This document shows, piece after piece, positions 42,338 to 55,257 of a DNA stretch of 64,000 nt. The notes under the pieces are model-generated. The model was not told the origin of the DNA and made no database searches. It saw only the letters and a program-made list of their open reading frames with translations. The stretch's first letter is position 1; every line of letters begins with the position of its first letter. The stretch comes from Octopus sinensis (taxonomy: Eukaryota): positions 67,580,001 through 67,644,000 of the forward strand of contig NC_043002.1 of the NCBI RefSeq assembly GCF_006345805.1, in the 5' to 3' direction. The translations under genes and the position numbers were made by a program.

Positions 42338-44276
42338 TGGTTAATGTTTACAATATCACTCGGAAACGAAAATTTAAAAAATAGTGCAACAGGTGTAAAA
42401 AAAATGTGTACGAAATGAAGATGAAAACAAAAATGCGCGCAAAGCAACGGGATGGAGTTTTTCCAGCATAACTTTCAGGAAAATGGGTTTTATTTTTGGT
42501 GAAATTTTATGTAAATACCTTTCAAACGGCATACATTATGGTTATAAAGAAATTTGTGGGGGAAATCTTTTCTGAAAGGGATGGGGGAGGACTTTCGGAA
42601 AATTCACAAGATCCGATTTTTTCCCCCATAACTTTGAGGAAAATGGATAACTTTTAATGAAATTTTATATAAATATCTTTCAAACGGCATACCTTTCTAT
42701 TCACACTCTAAGTACTGAGCGTTTATGAGGAAGCCTGAATAAATATATTGTTCGACCCAGAAGAGAAGTTTTTTTCCCACGCGAGTTCCGGACTCTAGTA
42801 ATGAATTCATTTGCATACAGCCAATCAGAGCTCCCCTTGACCATGCCAAGTTAAACATTCTACCAAGTAAATTCTAGACGAAGAGTGGTGTTGCAAATCA
42901 ACCGATCGCCAAGTTATGCCTGATTTTAGAAGGAGACAAGTAATTAGATAGATTTGCATCTATACCTATTATCGGATTTTGTTAGGACTCCATTTGGTAA
43001 AGATGTGGATGGGAGAAATGTGGGTAGAGGGTGATGTGCTAGCAACCCTCTCCCCTTACTGTTTTACAAAGTAAACAACAACACAACTACGCAGGGCAGC
43101 CATGGTTGAAACAAGAACAAGAACAACAAGCGTTATTAAAAGAGAAAAAAAACATGGTCATTCCTTACCCAAGTGAATTCATCTTATCGCCCATCACTTG
43201 TTATGCGTTCATAAATGATATTTGAGGTCTGATTGGCTGTATGCAAATGAGTTCATAACTGAAATCCGGAACTCTCGTGGGAAAAAAATTCGCGACCTGG
43301 AATGAAACCTAGCTACTTTTCATTTGGACCATCTCACCGCCAACCCAGCGACTTCATAAGTTTCTTTTGGAGGCTGCAAGGCTATGCACATGTTCCTGAT
43401 GACACCGAAGTATGTATACCGGTTCTCGATGTCGTTCACCAAATAACTCCTTGGCGCAGCTTTTATACTGTAAAACAATCTTCTTACCCCAGCAAGGCTT
43501 ATACTTTAAAATATTCAATACAGATCTTCCTACACCCATTGGGCCTGTTAACTTGCTTATTGGTGACTGAGAGAACTTGCAATAATTAACCGAAAATATT
43601 AAACAAATAAGGAAGACATCAGACGGTCGTGAGATATGCTAAAAACAACAGCTAAATCGCCCTTAACTTTTTTCTATTGTAAAACTATATTCAACACTAT
43701 ATTTATGAATTTGTTTCTCTCACCATGTTACATGGGATCTTTTTTAAAACCTTTTTCTATTACTCGAACAATATATATATATATATATACACACTCTTTT
43801 TTTTACCCTTTTACTCGTTTCAGCCATGCGGCTGTGGTCATGCTGGAGCACTACCATGGAAAAAATAATTGCTGCGGGCAGGATATTTAAGTTTATATAT
43901 ATCTAAGTTTTTTTTTTCAAACTTTTTTGTATAACACTCAAGCAAAAACATAATTCATGAATTTCTTTCTCTTTGAAAGTCCGCTCCTCACCCCAATCGG
44001 AAAAGATTTCCCCCCCAAATTTCTTTATAACCGTAATGTATGCCGTTTGAAAGGTATTTATATAAGATTTCATTGAAAGATATCCGTTTTCCTCAAAGTT
44101 ACGGGGGAAAAACTCGGATCTTGTGAATTTTCCGAAAATCCTCTCCCCACTTCACTCCGTTGCTTTGCGCTGGTTTTTGTTTTCATATTCGTTTCACACA
44201 CATTTTTTACACACGTTGCACAATTTTTTTTTCTTTTTTCGTTTTAGCTTCCGGGTAATATTGTAAACATTAACCA
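42338..44276. repeat. Two inverted copies of one repeat family (~42338-42690, ~43985-44276) enclosing a second inverted pair (42770-42830, 43227-43288)
   Basis: tggttaatgtttacaatat / atattgtaaacattaacca and shared internal blocks (ataactttgaggaaaatggata, ctttcaaacggcatac); partial third copy at ~32470-32560. Confidence 0.8.
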
Positions 44277-44499
44277 GACAAATTTCCTTCTAATACACAC
44301 ATACACATATATACATTGATACATACATTTATACATACCTGTCTACGTACTTGAGAGTGTATGCATGTGTGTGTTTGTGTATGATGACAGAATGGACGCA
44401 AGTTAATACATTCAAACGCGAGAAAAACAAAAGTACTTTATACAAAATGTTGAATGGTATATTTAATTGCAGCTGAAAATTCACAATTTCTACTCTGAA

Positions 44500-45130
44500 T
44501 TCCATCCTTCGCTAACTGGGAAGACCTGAAATGTGAAAATCAGAACGCCAGTCGAGAAACTTCAGCATCAGTTAAGTGCATGTGTGTTGTGCGATAAGAT
44601 GTGAAGCAGGTTGCCCTGATTAGATAATGATGGGACGATTTATTTAGGCGCAGGGGTAATGATGGTTTGATAGACTGAGCATTACGGTGTGAATGAGACC
44701 AAGAATATTTGTGCTTGTCAAGGATACAATAGACGTGGGTGGATGACTAGTATAAACAATTCGGCCTCGGGACCAGCAACGCCGGCAGGGAACTATTGCG
44801 TGAGCTAGAAGATACCTAAGTTGAATTCACTACGAACAAGGAATTTAATGAGATTAGATAAATGTTTTCAATACAGAACGTGAGATAAAAACATTAAACT
44901 GAAGAATTACTCGTTCAAATAGTTTGGTGATGGCTGGTGGACTTTGGAATACGGTGGAGGTAGAAGTCAAACTAATGAACAATAAGTAAAAGACACTCAG
45001 GGCTAAGAGTAACTGGAAGTCACTTTTGTTGATATTCAGATGAAAGGGTAAATGGTAAAGAGAGTGGCTTCTATAAACACACAGGCATTCTCTTTCATAG
45101 TATGCTGTGTGGCCTGAAGGGATGAGATGG
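44500..45130 (-). mobile_element. Possible very decayed LINE RT remnant
   Basis: FISLTSTST...ITKLFERVIL weakly resembles the PISLTS..K(L)FER motif. Confidence 0.3.
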
Positions 45131-47010
45131 ATCACGAGAGTGTCTGTTTAGAACGGAACATGAGGTGTTGTTTATGTTATACATATAACCATTTTTGAAG
45201 ATAGAATAGTATTTGAAAGGGACTAGGCTACAATTTCTAGCACGTCGAAAATGATGGGTGGATAGTTCTAGATTAGGCCGCAGTCCACAGATGTTTGCAA
45301 AGAAAGTGAATTTCTAGCACAATATTCAACAACCTCTTAGAGCTCTGAACCTCTTTTTAACCAAATGTTGTTTTACAGTAACCTTCGTTTGTATTTTGGG
45401 GGCGAGGGGAAATTTAATCGAACAGAAGCTAATTTTGTGCAGTGATCTATTAACCACGATCCAACTGGATAGCATGTTAATGTTTATTTAGCATATTAAT
45501 GTTTATTAACATACTATACAATTCAGCATGCGCCTCCTCCTGGATATTTGCATGGACTGCTGTCCCATATGTAAATTTTTTTATATAAATTACTAAAGAG
45601 AGCGATGACTTAGAGAATAAAATTATAACGGATTTCAGTGCGTCATAAGTCATATATCCGCTAACACAATGTCCAACTCATATTCTAATCCCGATAAAGA
45701 TAAAATATCGAGTTCAAATATTTCCAAAGAAAAATCACGATCCCTCTAAACACCTAGTACCCTCCACAATGCCCCTCTTGACATTGGCCGCATATTTGAA
45801 AGTTCAGAGTAGCCCCAAGGGGACGTTACACGCCAAGTTAAGAACCATTGGTCTGGTGACCATAACTGGATTCTAATGTAACATTTTTATGTCTGTAGTT
45901 GCTTTTGATCGTGGATTAAGGAAGAGGAATTCGTAACTCTTGGTTTGTTATTAACTACCAATCTGATCCCTGTAAGCAGGGCCAATAAGAAGGGAATGTA
46001 CTTAGGAGCTCAAGAAATGTTTGCATGTATCGAAGACCAGCATTTACAGAAGGGATAAGGATATCAAAAGAAACTTTGCACTTCCTGATAATTATTCCTC
46101 TGGCAAGTTTTGTCTATAAACAATCTAGCTGGAAGTCAGTGTCCGTAAATGGACCCTCGTGCAATCTTGTGCTTGTCGGTGCATCCATCAGTCATGAACT
46201 GGGAGCAAAAGGGGTATGTAATTTAACTGCTGTTTAGCTCCACATCAACTCTGATCGAGTAGCTTTATGATTAAAAGCATTCCAACTAAGACTATCTGAT
46301 TTGATGGAGATTTGGCTGCTATTTCTAACAAGTCATATGGCCACATAGAAGCTTTTGCGAGGGGGGTCATCGTGAATGTATCTGGGCAAGTGGCCTGCTC
46401 CCTTAATGGAATCATTTACAATTTTCCCCTCTCAAAACCAGAAGATCGTTTTATTCCTCAAACTGGTACTCAGTCCCAAAATTCGCAGAAAATTGATTCT
46501 GCAACAAGACATGCAAAAGCCATGTGTTAGTGTTAAACTAACCATCTCCTCCCTGAATAAAAAATACTATACGGCTGCTCTGTCTCTCGGAAATATCAAC
46601 AAATCGTCTTCTCGTCACAATCCTGTTGTCTCTTTTAAAAGGCAAAAGAAAACACACACACAAAAAAAGGAATCGTGACAATGTACTCTCAAAAAGACGG
46701 GGTGGTCACAGCTGGAATGCCATAACATGGTGTTTTGTCGGGGCATCTTTTTCTTTATGTACATTTGTGATCTATTCTTCCCGTTTGTTTAATTCACATA
46801 GACATTAAATTATAGCCCCGACTTTCTCTCACTTAGATTACCTAAAACTGTACTGTGCAGGTTCATACGAATCTCTCTATCTCTCTCTTTCTCTCTCTTT
46901 CTCTATCTATCTATACATACATACATACAAACACCTACATAGACAGATATATTAAGAGAGAGAGAGAAACAGAAATCAATATCGATAATGAATCAATAGT
47001 GGACCGTATC

Positions 47011-47056
47011 GTCAACAGGCAAAAAGGCTAAGAAGATTAATATACACTTTGAAAAA
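47011..47056 (-). promoter_or_regulatory. Conserved intronic block downstream of exon B
   Basis: gtcaacaggcaaaaaggctaagaagattaatatacactttgaaaaa, about 42 nt from the exon B donor; paralog of 23697-23743. Confidence 0.5.
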
Positions 47057-47098
47057 CATGAAGCACCGACGATTGTAACGAAAGAAAACGAAACTTAC

Positions 47099-47265
47099 TT
47101 ATTAAATAATTTTTCCCGCTCCTTTATTTCTTGTCTTGTAAATTCTTTAAATTCCGTATAAGGGTTGAAAATTTTAGACGTCGTCTCTACGGTGTCACCA
47201 GCGTCGATAGCATCGTTGATATTGTTGCGACGAGTCAACAGGTTGGACAGCTCATCTGTAGCCAT
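47099..47265 (-). CDS. EFHD2: Second first coding exon (copy B) of an EFHD-type protein: MATDELSNLLTRRNNINDAIDAGDTVETTSKIFNPYTEFKEFTRQEIKEREKLFN(K)
   Basis: ATG at 47265-47263 (ataatcATGG), same 167-nt length and phase as copy A, GTAAGT donor at 47098-47093, FNPYTEFKEF invariant, 39/55 aa identical to copy A, no stop or frameshift. Confidence 0.92.
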
Positions 47266-47323
47266 GATTATTAAATAGAACTTAAAAGTTAGAATGTTTA
47301 TGGGAGAAACTTTTTCTGTGTCG

Positions 47324-47403
47324 GAAAGCGAATTACTTCTGACCTCTGTGTTACTGTCACCTACTTAATATTAAACACAATTGTCGTCATAGAGGCAACT
47401 CCT
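47324..47403 (-). promoter_or_regulatory. Conserved upstream block of exon B
   Basis: Paralogous to 25467-25545; followed by a CT/GA-rich tract (~47430-47700). Confidence 0.6.
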
Positions 47404-48100
47404 TGCCTGTAGCATATTCATTGAGTTTCTCACTCCCATCTCACTCTCACCTCTCTCTCTCTATCTGCACGTCTCTATCTATTCCTTACTTTTATGTATC
47501 TATCTCACACACACATACACACTCTCTCTTTCTCTTTCTCTCTCTGTTTTCTGCATATAGATAAACTTTTGGGAATATCTCCCATTATGTTCTCTTCCTC
47601 TCTTGGCCCGTCCGCTCTCTCTCTCTCCCTATCTCTTAGCCTATACTATCTCTCTACTTTTTCTCCTCTTTTTCCTCACCCCTTTTTTCTTTATACTTTC
47701 AATCTTTCTGATGGTTCCACTCCCCCATATACTGTATTCCATGTTTTAAAACAATCAAAGAGAAGGGGAAAACGGGACTGTCGGCTGGTCCTAGATACAG
47801 AGTTTCCAAGCTAGTCGAAGTGAGCAGAGGTTATTGTAGTAGCGGGACAAGGGACAAAGAAAAGAACTAGCGCCTCTACAAGCTAGAAATTGTAAGCTAC
47901 CGTTGTTAAATTTATGTTTATATGTAGCAGCTGAATCTGTCCCATTTATATGAGAAACACTGTCTCATATATGTGACGACACTGTCCCGTTAATGTGAAC
48001 GCCTCTGCAAAATAGCTTTAAGTTGAACAGAGAGTCCTTGTGTTTTTTAAGTTCTTTGTTTTTTGTTTTTGCTGACCCTGAAAATACTAAAATTATCGAT

Positions 48101-48140
<40 letters not shown>

Positions 48141-48742
48141 CACTCTTCTCTTTCTATCTCTGTCTCTGCCTCTTGCGCTCTCTTTGACGCTGTCTGTCAC
48201 ACATGCACGCACCATACAGGGACATTTCTGATCGTAATATTCTGAATTAGACAAATGACATATTGGTAATATTTTACGAAGTGATCTAATAACAAAAACA
48301 TAATTTTACTCCTGATTTCATAACTAACCTTACTTCAGACAACAAAGCAAGCAATCTCTTCTTATATATTATGTAATAGAAACGAGCGAGTTACTAGGTT
48401 TATCATTCTCTAAAAAAATTTCCAGTTTCTTTTAAATTTAACTTATAGCTGTCAATAACTTTCGTTATATAGGAGTAAAAAAAATGTTAAGCTGACGTTT
48501 AGGTCACAGTACTTTGCAATTAGATCAAATTTTTTCTGATTCTGGACTTTATCTTTATCAGGTTTTAGCACCACTTGATGTAATAAACTTTAATCTTTTT
48601 AAAAATAAACTTTATTTGGAGTGCAAATGTAAAAGAAAAAAGAAAAGTAGAACTGTTTGACAGATTCTCTTCGGTTTTTGGAGAGAACTAAATCGTAAAA
48701 CCATTTGAACATTGTGAGAGTATTAACCCATAAAAGTTTAAT

Positions 48743-49162
48743 AGGCCTAGGAGTAGCTGTGTGGTAAGTAGCTTGCTTACCAACCACATGGTTCCGGGTT
48801 CAGTCCCACTGCGTGGCACCTTGGCCAAGTGTCTTCTACTATAGCCTTGGGCCAACCAAAGCCTTGTGAGTGGATTTGGTAGATGGAAACTGAAAGAATC
48901 CCGTCCTATATATGTATATATATATATATGTACATGTGTGTATATCTTTGTGTGTCTGTGTTTGTCTCCCCAACATCGCTTGACAACCAATGGTGGTGCA
49001 TTTACGTCCCCATAACTTAGCAGTTCAGCAAAAGAGACCGATAGAATAAGTACTAGGCTTACAAAGAATAAGTCCTAGGGTCAATTTGCTCACTAAAGGC
49101 AGTGCTCCAACATGGCCACAGTCACATGACTGAAACAAGTAAAAGAGAATAAAAAGAGTAAA
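48743..49162 (+). mobile_element. SINE family A, full length
   Basis: Same head and tail; partial CpG decay. Confidence 0.88.
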
Positions 49163-50907
49163 GAGCCCTTTCTGACACCAACCAGTACTGGATTAAACAA
49201 AATAAGCTTGAACTTAGGGCATCACAGTAAGGGGATGCACCACCACAGAAATGGTAAATGACTTATAGCACAAAAGAAATTACTTTAAATTTGCTAAAAC
49301 AATATTCGGGATGCCTTACCTCTACTAAGTATAGAAGTTATAGGTATGCTATGTAAGATTAATTTTGAGGATTTGATCAAAGACTTTGCTATTAAAAAAA
49401 CAGTGGGAGAAAACTTTTCAAATATAAATTGGAACTATACAAAAATAAACATTATTTCCATCTTACTGTTAGTTTAGTTTCATTTTGAAAAATAATTTAT
49501 TTGATGACTTATTATTATTTATATTTAGAATTACATATATAAATGGGAGCACCAACATTTTTTAAGTGTTTAGGGCCTCTATGGGTTTTAATCTAGCCCT
49601 GACACCAACCTTACCTGTTTCCAAGCGAGTTCATATTTCCCCATGACCAGATTTGCTTTCATGAAAGATTGGAAACATATACGACCACTTGTATGAAGGT
49701 GACACTCATTTACAGCTATTACGTGATACGGAGATGAGGAGGCATAAATGTGTAGGCTTGGATAAGTGGGATGATGGGTGACCCACATTAAAACCAAGCT
49801 CATTTTAGATTTTTGATGAGTACAGAAGCTTTACAATATCTACAATAGTTAAGGCAGTGAGATGGCAGAATCATTAGCATGTTGGACAAAATGCTTTGTA
49901 GCATTTCATCTGTCTTTACATTCTGGGTTCAAATTCTGCCGAGGTCAGCTTTGCCTTTCAGAGTTGATAAAATAAGTACCAGTTGATCAGTGGGATCAAT
50001 ATATCATCGTTTACCAGTCGAGAGACATGAATAAGTGTTTTGTTTTGAGCTAAGAATTTTACAGCTATATATTCCTGTTGTGTAATAAAGTAAAAGTCCT
50101 TCCTGGGCCATAGGGCTAATTTCCTGGTTTCCATGGATATATATTCTCTACCTGAATGGGATGCTGGTCCATCACAAGATTACTCATTTTTGTCATCTCA
50201 GTGGACTGCAGCAAGGTGAAATGAAGTGTCTTGCTCAAGAACACAATGCATCGCCCAATCCAGGAATCAAAACCACAATCTTACAATCATGAGTCCACCA
50301 CTCTAACCACTAAGCCACATGCCTCCACCCATGTTGTAAGAGATGGGAAACTTATATGTTCATGGCGAACGAATTATTCCTTTTGACCCAGAGTTGAGCA
50401 GCAACCAAGAAACCTGTTTTCTCATGGAACATAGGTGCCTCTCTCTCTCTCTCTCTGATTGTCCTGTGCTTCTATATTTATAGGCATGGTGGGAAAACCA
50501 TGGAAAATTCCAATGACAATGTACAAGCAAATGATCACAGCTGAAATATAATTGGTTAGAATTCAGGGCAAGTTGCCTGATATGCCAAAGCTTACTTCTC
50601 ATAACTGGGCTAACAAGATGTTGTCTCTAAGTTCCTTTACAAACATGCACACACACACACATGCACAAATATTTTTTTCTCTCTTTTTTCTTTCCTTTTT
50701 TCTCTCCTTTTTTCTCTCTTTTTTTCTCTCCTTTTTTTTCTCTCCTTTTTTTCTCTCCTTGTTTCCCTCCTTGTTTTTTTCTGTGTCCCTTTCTGTAGAA
50801 GAGCGTAGGCTCAAAAGATAAAAGACTTTTACTATTCCTGAGCGTTATACTAATACATCTGTTTGTTTTGTACACTGCCTGTCTTCGTCTTTTGTTTTAT
50901 ATATATA

Positions 50908-50964
<57 letters not shown>

Positions 50965-51005
50965 CACACACACACACAAAACACACACACACAGACATAT
51001 ATATA

Positions 51006-51036
<31 letters not shown>

Positions 51037-51060
51037 ATTATATATATATATATATAATAT

Positions 51061-51094
<34 letters not shown>

Positions 51095-51174
51095 CATATA
51101 TATACATATATATACATATATATACATATATACATATATATATATATGTATGTATGTATGTATGCATGTATACA

Positions 51175-51398
51175 TGAGGGGGAGCTGAAAAGTTCCTGGC
51201 TTTAAGGATATCACAAGAGGCCTGGTTGGAGGCCCAGGCCCAACCTTTCAAGTTCTTTTTCAAGGCTTAGGAAAACTGAAGGACTGCTGCAAAAAGTGTG
51301 TGAATCTTAGAGAAGAGTATGTTGAATAAAATCATAATTAATTGATCCTCCAAGTATTTTCTTTTACCAAAATCAGAAACTTTTCAGCACCCCACCCT

Positions 51399-51399
<1 letters not shown>
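51175..51399. mobile_element. Mariner-derived MITE
   Basis: TIRs gaggggg.gctgaaaagttcctgg / cagaaacttttcagcacccc; second copy at ~56440-56658. Confidence 0.75.
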
Positions 51400-51471
<72 letters not shown>

Positions 51472-51489
51472 TATATATTATATATATAT

Positions 51490-51526
<37 letters not shown>

Positions 51527-51732
51527 GTGAAATAGAAAGATGAATAATCTTGTAGCAGATTAATCAAAAGTTTAACCGATACCTTGGTAGCAAAAATCAC
51601 AGCAGAAGACAGCACGGTTGGAGGTACAACCATATGGTGTTGCAACCGTGCGTTGGTGCGGATAATTGAATTTTAATATTATTGGTGAATTGAAGAAATG
51701 GAGCTGAACGAAGATTGAACAGAAATCGTTTT

Positions 51733-51823
51733 ATTTCATTCTACACGTGTTTCGAAAGACACAATTTACCAAAATCCGATTGAATAATGAGACCATATTG
51801 TGTCTTTCTCTTCAGGAAGAAAT
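51733..51823 (-). ncRNA. Type I hammerhead ribozyme (mirror copy)
   Basis: Reverse complement of the same motif with a perfect 12-bp stem II (gaaagacacaat/attgtgtctttc). Confidence 0.82.
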
Positions 51824-52694
51824 AGGAAATCCGTTGGAAAAAAAAAAACAGAACAGAGGCGGAGCAAAACAAATCGAACTAGGCTCCTAAGAGCCCATGG
51901 CAAAACTGAAGGATATGATTGAAGGATACGAACTCAAGCTACAGGCTGGAATGGTCAATTTTGTCGGTGGCCCTCCCATTTGATAGGGGCAGAAGGAAGT
52001 GCAACCTTTGTGTCTCCGAACTCTTCCATATATTGTTCGCCAGAGACCGGATGGTAAACGGGCTTTTACAGTTGGCTTTTCGATGCCCCCATTGTAGAAA
52101 ACATTTTTTGTGTACGTGTGTGCGTTTGATCGCTCGGCTGTCAGTTGTTAAGCAGCTCTACACAATGGCTACTGCCGTAAAAACCGTTGGGTGGCAGAAA
52201 AATATTTTATGTTTTATATGTGCGTGTGTTCGTCTAATCATGCCTTGTCAAAGAAACCTCCCGTCGTCAAAAACAAAGCCCCGTTTATCTCACAGGAATA
52301 ATTCCCCTTGCAGTGGTTAATCGTAATTATCTTAAAGGCTATTTCAGAATTTATTACCAAGGGCTATGGGTGCAGGTATTATTTATAAGCGTTATTTATA
52401 AGCCAGATAAGTGTAACGCCGCCAATGGGGGCATCGAAAAGCCAACTGTAAAAGCCCGTTTACCATCCGGTCTCTGGCGAACAATATATGGAAGAGTTCG
52501 GAGACACAAAGGTTGCACTTCCTTCTGCCCCTATCAAATGGGAGGGCCACCGACAAAATTGACCATTCCAGCCTGTAGCTTGAGTTCGTATCCTTCAATC
52601 ATATCCTTCAGTTTTGCCATGGGCTCTTAGGAGCCTAGTTCGATTTGTTTTGCTCCGCCTCTGTTCTGTTTTTGTTTTTTCCAACGGATTTCCT

Positions 52695-52785
52695 ATTTCT
52701 TCCTGAAGAGAAAGACACAATATGGTCTCATTATTCAATCGGATTTTGGTAAATTGTGCCTTTCGAAACACGTGTAGAATGAAAT
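52695..52785 (+). ncRNA. Type I hammerhead ribozyme (PLE-associated)
   Basis: atttcttc-CTGAAGA-gaaagacacaat[loop]attgtgcctttc-GAAA-cacgtg-TA-gaatgaaat: core CUGANGA/GAAA, long stem II, minimal palindromic stem III (ACGT), GUA cleavage triplet, stem I with one bulge. Confidence 0.8.
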
Positions 52786-52837
52786 AAAACGATTTCTGTT
52801 CAATCTTCGTTCAGCTCCATTTCTTCAATTCACCAAT

Positions 52838-52878
<41 letters not shown>

Positions 52879-54149
52879 TATATATATGTATGTATGTATG
52901 TGTGTGTGTGTGTACTCATGCACACGCGTGTGTGTGTGTGTGTATGTACAATTTGCATCTATCAGATCAGCTCACAGGGTTTTGCCCAGCCTGGGCTGTA
53001 GTAGAAGACACTTGCCCAAGGTGTCACACTGGGAATAAACCCAAAGCCACATTGTTGGGGAGCAAATTTCTCAAACCACACAGCTATCTCTGTGCCTTTT
53101 CATTCAATTCTGTGTTTTCTCTCCCTCTCTCTCCATCTCTCTCTCTCCTTTTACTCTCTCTCTCTCTCTCTTTCTCTATTTGTATTTGACTTTAAATTCT
53201 ATCTTCAGATTTTTGTCTTTATTCTTTTTGAACCAAATTCGAAGGTTTTGAATTGGGAACGCAAGGGTTTAAATTGGTCAAAATAGAAAAAAAGAAATCT
53301 ACCGTTTCCTTGGTAACATAACCCTCGCTTCCGATGTTAATTATCCCTGGTAGCAGAAATAAATTGTTGGTTGGTTTTTCGTTTTGTTTTTTCTTAATAG
53401 TTTAATGTTTTTTAATGTTTTTTGCTGTAACCGAATTATTCTCTGTTCATTATTGGTTTGAAAGGTCACTGTGCTTATTCCCATCAGTTGCAGAAGGTTC
53501 ATCCACCTACAACTAAAGCTAGAATTAGAAATCAAATTTCCTTCAAAATCACATCCGACCATTTTTATAAAAGTAGGATACATTGGATAAAATCATCCTA
53601 GATGCTCTATGTCTAAAAATAGTTGGCATGGTCACAGTTGGAAGCTAAACAACAGCAATTTCTTCCCCCAAATGGACCATGTGCTAGATTATCACAGATG
53701 GGATGCTTTTGATCTCAAGTCTATTTGATCAGATCAACTTGGGATTAAACAACATTTTTTCATGCCTGCTCAACATATCACTTTCATTCCAGCTCCTATT
53801 CAACCATTTTTGAAATAGAACTGTAACTGCTTGCTTCCTTTGTTCTTACATTTTGCACAGGAAATCATTGTTTAGCTAAGACTGTATCAGCTATATCAAA
53901 TAAATGAGTAGCTAAGGTGTTATAATAACACTGAAACATATCTGAAGTTGTCTCCCAAAAGTTGTCTTGCCAAAATTTGTAAAATAACATTATTAATTAA
54001 ATGAATGTTTTCTTCTCAATGAATTGATATTTATATGTAGATTTATTTTTATACTCTGTATTTTAAATATTATGGTCATAAATGTTGGTTAATGACTGAA
54101 AGAGCATGATTGTGGACACAAATGTCCAAAACAGAGTTCCCCTAAAGGA

Positions 54150-54480
54150 TCTCTGGAGTAACATTACTCAGTAGGATGCGTAGCTTGGAGATAGGTAGTC
54201 TCTCCTGCTTGAGCCACTACTTCTCCACATTGAAAGGTTACAGCTCCCAGTACTACAGACATGCAATTAGAATGTCACAGGAAAGGATTGCAAAACAGAT
54301 TCATTCAAGCTGAGCCAACTCAGCAGCAGACCAAAACCAAGACGGTTGGATAATATCCACAGTCTTAGTTAGTTAATCACCCTTGGGAAGCCAGCCTGAA
54401 AGTGTAATGATGGTTGCTTTTGATAGGACTCTACCCCTAACAACCCCTCCAGGAATAGTGGGCAGATAAAATTGTTGGAT
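54150..54480 (+). mobile_element. Decayed copy of the same RTE 3' end
   Basis: Nucleotide similarity to 40270-40600 (gagccactacttctcc...ttggataatatccac...atggttgcttt). Confidence 0.6.
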
Positions 54481-55257
54481 GAATGGATTTTAAATATATA
54501 TTCCTCTATTTAACAGCTACATTCTTAGTTGCCTGATCTGGGTTTTTTCTTTTTTCTTTTATTATTCACTAACAACTAAAGCATTGATTATTTTTAACTA
54601 TTCCTAGGTAATGTCAGTAAATACCCATTATAATGTCACTTTACACCTTGCCGCTGTAAGATAGAATTTAGATCATCTGCTTCATATACAACAAAGACAT
54701 ATTATAAAATCTATTATGAAATAATAAAATCTTTTAGAAAAGCAGTCTTTTCAATATAATGTGGGTCAGAACGTGTTTCAACACTTTGAATACCTGTATA
54801 ACATCTATTCCCCATAAATCTATTTGTTTAAAAAAACACAAATACTTTGTTTTCACACAAATTTTGAAGATCTATTTTCTATCAAATGTGGGAAGCAGTG
54901 AAAGTTTTTTTCATTCCAAAGCAATCCAAGGACAACTTTGATTCAGCAGACTTTTGTTCAAATTCAATCAAACCATAATCAATTGTCTATGTTTTAGGTA
55001 TAAAGCGTCTATGACTACTTTATATTGGAGACACTAGTGGTATGTAATTCGAAGGGTGAGAGACGCTTTACTGCTATTTCTAGTGGATTGAGAGCCTACA
55101 TACAGCAGTGTTTCTCAACTGTATTTGCTGCACACCTTACTTTGATTTTCTCAAAAACTGTGTCGCTCACCATATGAACTAAGTTAATATATATATAAAT
55201 GTATATGTGTTTGTGTGTGTGTGTGTGTGTGTATGTGTGTGTGTGAGTGTGTGTGTA

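Larger units (their letters stand above)
51681..52837. mobile_element. Young Penelope-like element (PLE) end as a 414/415-bp inverted repeat with a 328-bp spacer
   Basis: Arms 51681-52094 and 52423-52837 are reverse complements with about 2 visible differences. Each encodes YRLEWSILSVALPFDRGRRKCNLCVSELFHIL...FRCPH, resembling the C-terminal part of PLE GIY-YIG endonucleases. Confidence 0.85.

Noticed and set aside
49600-49745. Strong minus-strand donor (CAG|GTAAGG) with a short open frame
   Set aside because: It is a decayed SINE segment also present at ~21270-21470 and ~59870-60040.
50470-50560. Possible + strand exon after ttctatatttatAG
   Set aside because: All three frames stop quickly, there is no convincing donor and no recognisable protein.
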